DNA of 44,803 nucleotides, counting the filler, from Sphacelaria rigidula (taxonomy: Eukaryota), in assembly GCA_964200075.2 (NCBI GenBank). It is 2 parts of 2 records of this genome, joined end to end, with 100 filler letters (N's around TTAATTAATTAA, not from the genome) between each part and the next. Parts side by side here need not be neighbours in the genome. Positions count along the whole stretch, not along the records: positions 22,481 to 44,803 come from CAXNAA020000340.1; 1 more part is not named here. One strand, 5' to 3'. Under the pieces are notes generated by a model. The model did not search any database and had not been told where the DNA came from. It worked only from the letters and a program-made list of their open reading frames with translations. The translations under genes were made by a program, and so were the position numbers. Within the stretch, counting starts at the first letter, position 1. The number at the start of each line of letters is the position of its first letter. Shown piece by piece: positions 37,849-44,803 of the stretch.

Positions 37849-38339
37849 GCTTGTACGAGTGCCACAGGTTGTTCTCGAGTAACCATGCTTTTACCCTTGA
37901 CGGTGCCTGCTTTTTGTAGGCGAGGATATGAGTCACGTCATGGAACAGCGTAACACGGTTCTGTAACGACTTGCTTCCGTGCATGAAAAGTAGGATACAT
38001 CCACTACAAAAAACGGTAGAAATAGTGTATTTCAATGTATGCTAAGCTCACCCGTGCGCGGTAAATTTCATGCCATTCATTCGTAGTAGTACGAAATGCC
38101 TACTCGTACCGCAGGCGCAAGTATCAACGACCTACATGTATTGTTAGTGTTATGACAAGGGCCATTTCCAGGGGTAAACTGAAGAGCGATGCGAGGCAAA
38201 ACATGCCATGAGGCTGAAGCAGTATAACTACGCATGCTTGATCTAGAAAGCATCAAAGTTAAACTGGGATACACCCCCCCAATCCTCTCCCTCTCCAGTC
38301 TCGGTGCTTCGTTTCGAAAGGGATGGGTGGGCTAATGCC

Positions 38340-40010
38340 GAGGTAGCCCCCCCCCCCACATGAAGTGCACCGGAGATCGCCCGACAAACCGGCTGATTCC
38401 ACTATTGGGCTCGTTTGCAGCAATTTCGCCCGCATGAGAGGCGTGTAGCTGTCCGAAATCAGCTATAACGCCCAAATGAGTCGCGTCGTGCGGCACGAAA
38501 CCAGCTCTAACGGCATTTATGACCATCGCCTCTGTGCACTTTTCCGGTCGGTCCGGGAGGGGGCTATCTCGGCAGCAGTCCGCTATGCTGATACAGTACA
38601 GTGTCTTGGTATAAGTATAGCGGATCGGAGTTACAACAGCTGATTTTGACCGCACTATACAGGACCTCGCACTCTAGAGGACGACACTACTGTGGGTGGG
38701 CCGCGCGGCAGTTGAGATATCCTCCTCCTAGAGCACGACATACTTATTTGTAATCTTGATATGATCTTGAGGAAAAACAAAAGGCAGAGTAGTGGAGTAA
38801 TATGTATATGTATAATTTCACATTTTTCACCACTTTCGCCGAGTATTCTCTGGCGGCAAGGCATTTTTTCCCGCGCTCAGCGGTACATTACTGTTCAGGT
38901 TTGGGTGTCATCTGATACCTGTGGCACATATTCTGGTCACCGAAAGTCGCTCAAACTGGCCCTTTTTCGCGGGGTGTCGATCCTGAACCACAAAAGCATT
39001 TTCAAGATCATGGAAACTTGAAAAAAGAACCCGAACCACAAAAAAAAAACTATTGAAGATCATGGAAATCTTCAAACAGGACTACTTATGGCGGGGTGTT
39101 TTCCCCCCGTGTTTCTCTTTGTCGCGTTCTCGTTCATTTGAGAGCACGAACACACCGGTTATGCCGCCTAGGTCACGAGAACATGAGAGCAAAGCAGTTG
39201 GAAACAATTGATTATTGCCTTGGCCTTAGTCACCAGCAAATACAAGACCGTGCGATGGGCCGTTGGCGAGTTAAACAAGACACAGCAGCACGGCAGCACA
39301 GGAAGGTTTTGCCGCAAAGACAATCACTCTGTTTTAAAAAAAGGCCCGGTGATGTGGAAGCCACAGTGATGTACAAACAACATGCCAAGAATGTTCCACG
39401 CATTCCAAATTTTCGGGAGTGCCTCCCGCTGTCATGTCTGTGTGGCACGAGAGCTACTTCGCACTCTTGCACCTCGGAAATACCACACAGGTCCTGCGCC
39501 GACGGTTCCGCCGTCGGCCTCCGTCCGAATTCCCATCTCTCCGAACGACATCCGCTAACACATGTGATGTTTTGTACAGCCACGATCACTTCTGTACATT
39601 GAGATACAACAGCATCTCCCGACCATATACTTTCGACTTGCGTCACCCCCGGGAGGCCCGTACCAACCCCCAGCAGGGGAACCTTGTATATATATATGTA
39701 AGATGTGTTGTTATTTTTCACAATCCCTGCAACGGTGTTCTTCCCTCACCTGGCCGTGGCAACGATGCTTTCTTCTCTTGAAGTACGACCAATTCCTTGT
39801 AGTCCCGGTCGTAAAAATCTGGCTCTTCCGCGGACAACGGAATGTCTCCCCCATGGGTCAAGATCAGGGACTTGACCAGTACGCGGATAGGAGCCATACT
39901 CCAGAGGTCCACACGGCCTAAGTCGTCTCCAATGGCCACGTGGGTGCCCCGGTAGTTGAACTCACAGGTCAGAGGGTTCGCATCATCGCCGTGCTGGTCC
40001 AACGATGTAC
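38340..40010 (-). pseudogene. Decayed WD40 gene resembling the RBBP5/Swd1 N-terminus
   Basis: LDQHGDDANPLTCEFNYRGTHVAIGDDLGRVDLWSMAPIRVLVKSL resembles the first RBBP5 blade as I recall it (LTCxFNxxGTxxAxGxxxGRxxxW). Donor CAG/GTGAG at 39750. Downstream exon-like pieces contain stops and frameshifts. Confidence 0.55.
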
Positions 40011-40103
40011 GCCATGGGGTCGGGGTCGGGGGCGGGCGGGCGGGCGGGCGGGGGGATACTTTTTTCTTGCTTGCCTTAGTCGCTTGACCACTGACCAAGC
40101 AGT

Positions 40104-40400
40104 CATGATCTTGCATGCCGTATTCATATGACCAATGACCTCGCATTCCTACAAAGCCAGGACGGAGCACGCCGGGTTTTTGCCGGACAAGAGTCGCGAT
40201 CAATGACCAAGCGCGAAGCGTCGTGATTGATGTGTTCGGCGAGTGGCATGAAGGGTAAGCTGCATCCTGCTAGGATTGTTGCGCCCGAAGCGTAGTGATT
40301 ATCTTGCATTTGGATGTCAGCCTTCAATGAGTTGCTTTATTCTCTGGTATCGCCACTTTCAGAGACGGCCCTGGCTTACGCACCGCCTCATGGGTGTCTT
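40104..40400. repeat. Dispersed ~295 bp repeat, copy 1
   Basis: Colinear with 44440-44733; shared blocks include GGACGGAGCACGCCGGGTT and ATTCTCTGGTATCGCCACTTTCAG. Confidence 0.85.
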
Positions 40401-41044
40401 GGCATGTGGCGTGGGGGGGAGGGAACACTTATTGATGAATTGATGTACTACTGGGCCACGTGACGACTGCAACATTTCGGATACGCAAGCGTCACGATAG
40501 AACCAGCCACCCATGTTTTGTTGATTGAGAAAAAAATATTTTTGGCATATTTTCAGGGTGGTAAGGATAGCGTTTTTGACAAAAACAAAAAGTATGTCCG
40601 ATCATGGAACAAGAATTTTTTATCGCCGAGTCTTGACGTAAACCTGCGTCGGACCATAAGCTCGTTTCGGCTTTTTTTGGTGGAACGAGATCTGAACCAA
40701 GTAGTGGTGCGCGTGCATGGGAATTGGCTTCCCGTTGCATTGCGCATTGCAGAGGAAAATAAAATCGAGGTTCGTTTTAGTTTTTTCTCCTGAATCGGTT
40801 CGAATTATCAAGAAAAAGACTACGCTACCCGGCGTGTGTATGTAAAAAGATCATGCACGTCTTGACAACTCGTCCCTTCTTCTCCCTCATTTTTTCTCAG
40901 TCTTTTCTGTGTCTCTCGCTTGTATTTAGTTTACTCCATCTTTCCCATCTCTCTTGCCTCGTCTTCCCTCTCGAGTTTTCTTTGTCTAGTGTGTCCAATT
41001 GCTTATATCCTAGGTACCGCTCATTTTGTGAAACCCGACTGGAT

Positions 41045-41428
41045 CATACCCTGGATAATGACAGTATATGGTCAATTGATGCAATAGACAAGATGTGTAC
41101 TGGATAAAGTATAGGTCTATTGCAACTATTGACGGCCGACAGTGGTCGCAACAGGTTTACACTGTACCCAGTACATATTTTGCAAGGGCAGGTCGAGTAG
41201 AGTATACTCAACTGCGGGGTATTTTGAAAGTCGTGCTTCAACTACACAAATTCGAGGGTAGGGTTTTAGAGGTCGCTTTCCAGTTATTTTTTGGATACGA
41301 CTCCCAACACTCTACTACCTCGAGTACGTCTTTCAAAATACTCCGCAATTGAAAGATCAATCCTCTACTCGACCTGCCCTTGACATTTTGTCAATTGCAT
41401 CTATTGACCATATAGCGTCCAGGGTGTG
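41045..41428. mobile_element. Foldback MITE (CATACCCTGGA...TCCAGGGTGTG) carrying a nested MITE
   Basis: Same family as 43534-43712; degenerate 8-bp flanks GACTGGAT / GAGTGAAT. Confidence 0.8.
41183..41382. mobile_element. hAT-like MITE, 20-bp perfect TIR, 8-bp TSD
   Basis: CAAGGGCAGGTCGAGTAGAG / CTCTACTCGACCTGCCCTTG; flanks ATATTTTG (41175-41182) and ACATTTTG (41383-41390). Confidence 0.9.
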
Positions 41429-43202
41429 GAGTGAATCGCTCTGGGAATCAGTCACTGTGCGACAATCGATCACTCGATCAGTTAAGCAATTCATCAATCA
41501 CGTGTGCGCGTGACGCTCATCCAATCCAATAACTGTGAAGCAGGGCGCTTCCACGCTACTTTTTCTTCAGTATTTCATCTCCCAACCCCTCGACCAAGCA
41601 ACAGCAGTACATTTGAGTCACCGTATTATGATCACGCTATTGTGAACATTGTAGCCAACCGAAGCCAATTGTAGCAGGTCTTTTCCGTGTTCTTTATGCC
41701 CCCTGTAATCCCCCTCTTGCACAAGACCATCGTTGCTCTTGCAAGTAAGGAAACATCTCAATTTTCCTTCTATTAATAGACTAAATAAATACCCTTGAGA
41801 AGAAGGGAAAAAAGGGTACAGGACTGCTCTACTCAGACAACGTGAAGGCGTTGCTCCCTCTTTGTTTCCAATTACTTCAACACATACACACTACACACTG
41901 CAGGACATGACGATGCGTCTTGGCGCGACGCTATTTATCCACTGATCCCCTCCCCCGAACTCTCCTGCCCTTTGCCTCACCCGCCGCGTTCATCAATCAA
42001 ATGGTATTCACCGTCTTACTGTAAATTATTTTACCGCTGCTTCCAGCTCCTCCCAGTCGTTGGTAGAGTCCAGGATGTCCAAGTAGCTGATCTTAGATGC
42101 CACAACTCCGGCCTTCCGAGCGAACACCGCTGGCTCCTCGCCCGGAGCAAGGTGATCCGCGGCCATGCCTGCCCACCTGCAGCGGGTATGGTTCCAACTA
42201 GACATAAAGAACATAACAGACGTGAGCACGCGTACGCACACAGCAACGGGGAGACATACAGGAGGCTTAACCTTTCTGAACTCGATACTGCCCGAACTCG
42301 TCGGGAAATTTTCGCGCTATACTTTCTTGTATCAACTCTTTTGGTACTGGCAATGGAAAAGTGCTAATTCCGAGGTGCTGTTTTTTCTAATAACATAAGT
42401 TTGATTGTTTGCAGCTTACAAGGACCACTGTTTTGCCCATGGCGTGTTTTTCAGACCCGCGACCGCTTCCAACTGGCGGTGAATCGCGTAAATACTGTAT
42501 CGCGCCTCAATCCTTTTACGTTTGGTGAGGGGATTTCTGTGTGTTCAGTCATACTACTTTGTTCCTGTGATGTGGCTTAACACGCTTGCCAAGTGTTGGG
42601 CGGGTACGGCCTTGAGACTGCAGCACGACGATACTCCGGTGGGGTGCGTCACCTACTTCCTCTGTCCCATTGGTAAACTAAGTTATGGGCGGCAGATCGT
42701 ATCTCGCCGATGCATGTGCCCATTATGCTATGCTTAGGTTCGCTGGAAAGATCTGGTCATGGCGATGACCACAGGAAAAAAAAAAAACGACTCGTACTTA
42801 CTGATAATTTTTGGTCCAAAATGACCAAATTTCGACCGATTTCGACTAGTTTGAACCACTTTCGGCGTAAATTCGACGAAATTGGCCTGTTTTGTAGTAA
42901 ACGAAGGCTGCTAAGTGCCCGAGGGGTTTTGGACGACACGTAGGTGTCACACACAAGCGACGAATCGGAGAAAAATAGTCAGTTTTCGTTTTGTTCGCGA
43001 TTTTGGCCATTTTTCCGCGATTCCGTCGTTTTTCTCAGCTTTCCGGAAAAGGGGCGGAGTAGGGCTTTTTTTTCGGCCGACTGGTGTTTTTTGGGCCGTT
43101 CGTCCATGCCAAGTAGTGCGCCTTTTATAAAAAATGGGATTCAACTAAAAAAATACCAAAGATTCCAAAAAAATTATCACCTACGGCAAAGGACACGGTT
43201 AA

Positions 43203-43308
43203 CCCTTAGACCGCGAGGTTAGTCTTCTGTTGAATCGTTGAATCGGCATCAATTTCAGTTGAAAAAAAGTATGCATGATCCAGAAAGACTAATCTCGCGG
43301 TCTAAGGG
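43203..43308. mobile_element. piggyBac-like MITE (106 bp)
   Basis: TTAA|CCCTTAGACCGCGAG...CTCGCGGTCTAAGGG|TCAG; ~27 bp TIR; the right TTAA is decayed. Confidence 0.75.
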
Positions 43309-43533
43309 TCAGGAGTCCGTGTAATCATAACGTAGTTTACTTATGAGACAATGAGACAGAGGAAGCATATAAATGTGTCCTGGAAGGCAACTCGGGACTA
43401 AATATATAGGAAATATAGAGGTGGTGCTGATTTTTGTTGTATGAAACTCAGAGACCGCGGTGCTGATTTTTGCCGTGTGTACAAAGTAAGACATACTCGA
43501 CCCGTTGCGTCTCCTCATTCGATAAAACTAATC

Positions 43534-43712
43534 CACATCTTGGACAATATATGGTCAATAGTTGCATTGGACAAGAAAAGTACTGCATGAAGTATAGGTC
43601 TATTGCGACTATTGTCGGCCGGCAATAGTTGCAATAGGCCTATACTTTATGCAGTACACTTCTCGTCTATTTATTGCATCTACTATATTGAACATATATT
43701 GTCCAGGGTGTG
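43534..43712. mobile_element. Foldback hAT-like MITE with perfect 8-bp TSD AACTAATC
   Basis: AACTAATC at 43526-43533 and 43713-43720; the whole element is an imperfect palindrome centred near 43620. Confidence 0.9.
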
Positions 43713-44023
43713 AACTAATCCGACCGCAACGGAGCGACATTTTTGGTGAGAGCACGACGAATGTCGGTGGATTCTTCTTTGGCCTTCCGCCGTAAAAATG
43801 GTTGTTGTGGGCATTTTCTTTTCCCATATTTTCTTCGCCAACGCTTGAAATAATGAGGCGTCTGGACCAGGGACGGGAGGAGAGGGTTCCCACAGGCTTA
43901 ATCCAATTACACACACGCTGAGCGCACGCTGGTTGAGCGCTCGGGACCAGTAGAGTTACCCGGCGTTGGGCTACAATCTGCCCATGGTTGATATTACTTG
44001 ATTTGAGTCTTGACAATGGGAAT

Positions 44024-44321
44024 CGGATCTTTAGTGGGGCTGACAGTCCCGTGGGCTCCCATTGTAATAGCGTGCGCAGGACGCGTTTTCATCGAAATCG
44101 GGGTCACACTCGGCACCACAGACGCCGATTTGAGGTCTACCAAGGCCGCACTTCGCCTAGAGAATGCTATGTACCTCCCTTGCCCGAGGGTTCTCGGTAT
44201 GCCTTGGGTTGGGGGTAGGGTTAGGCTTGGCAATAGTTGTAAAATATGTCAACCATGAACGGATTGTATCCCAACGCCCGTTAACCCACCTCCTCGGGAC
44301 TGTCAGCCCTGTAAAGATCCG
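44024..44321. mobile_element. MITE with ~28 bp TIRs
   Basis: CGGATCTTTAGTGGGGCTGACAGTCCCG pairs with CGGGACTGTCAGCCCTGTAAAGATCCG; AT on both flanks; internal GGGTAGGGTTAGG. Confidence 0.8.
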
Positions 44322-44439
44322 ATATACGATAATCTACACTGAAACTAAGTGTTCATTCAACCATCGCTTATTTTCGCCAAACTGGGGTAAAATCTGCTGT
44401 ATACCGCCCGGGGGGTATCGTTATCATTCAGGGTGTTCT

Positions 44440-44733
44440 CATCATCTTGCATGCCGTAGTCCTGAGAACATTGACCTCGTATCCCTACGAAGCGGGGACG
44501 GAGCACGCCGGGTTCTCGCTGGACCAGGCTCGCAATCCATCACCAAGCGTGCAGCGCCGTCATGAGTTCGGCGAGTCGCATGAGGGCTGTGAGCTGCATC
44601 CTCCCAAGATTGTTCAGCCCGAAGCGTACTGATTATTTTGATTTTGGATGACAGCCTCGAATGCGTTGCTTCATTCTCTGGTATCGCCACTTTCAGTAAC
44701 AGTCACGGGTTACGCATTGCCTCATGGGTACCT
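44440..44733. repeat. Dispersed ~295 bp repeat, copy 2
   Basis: Colinear with 40104-40400. Confidence 0.85.
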
Positions 44734-44751
44734 GTGACGGTTCAAGAGACA

Positions 44752-44803
44752 ACCAACTAGACTACTGACCAGTCAGCGCTAACTGGTCAGTAGTCTAGTT
44801 GGT
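44752..44803. repeat. Hairpin with perfect 22-bp arms at the window end
   Basis: ACCAACTAGACTACTGACCAGT-CAGCGCTA-ACTGGTCAGTAGTCTAGTTGGT. Confidence 0.92.

Noticed and set aside
42750-43190. Small hairpin plus AT-rich tract as a Helitron end
   Set aside because: No CTRR terminus at the right spacing and no matching other end.

Overview
Repeat-rich eukaryotic DNA, most likely from a brown alga (inferred from EsV-1-7 repeats and many short GT-AG exons). An artificial N-padded TTAATTAATTAA spacer at 22381-22480 splits the window, so the two halves need not be neighbours. Left half: a nest of decayed retroelements (an RTE-like LINE interrupted by a chromodomain Ty3/Gypsy element whose 3' LTR is cut by another LINE, a second LINE, and a tRNA-derived SINE), a TG..CA MITE, and a disrupted EsV-1-7 repeat gene. 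Right half: a minus-strand gene that I spliced by hand into 19 in-frame exons (37643->22787, about 1060 codons, both ends missing). It encodes a type I PKS ketoreductase, an acyl carrier domain (GMDSL), and repeated transmembrane + left-handed beta-helix units like the terminal domain of epsilon-poly-L-lysine synthetase (Pls)-type NRPS enzymes. This candidate membrane-bound PKS/polymer synthetase is the main find. Its introns carry SINEs and a ~510 bp foldback. The right end has a decayed RBBP5-like WD40 gene and several MITEs. All calls are by eye; no searches were run.
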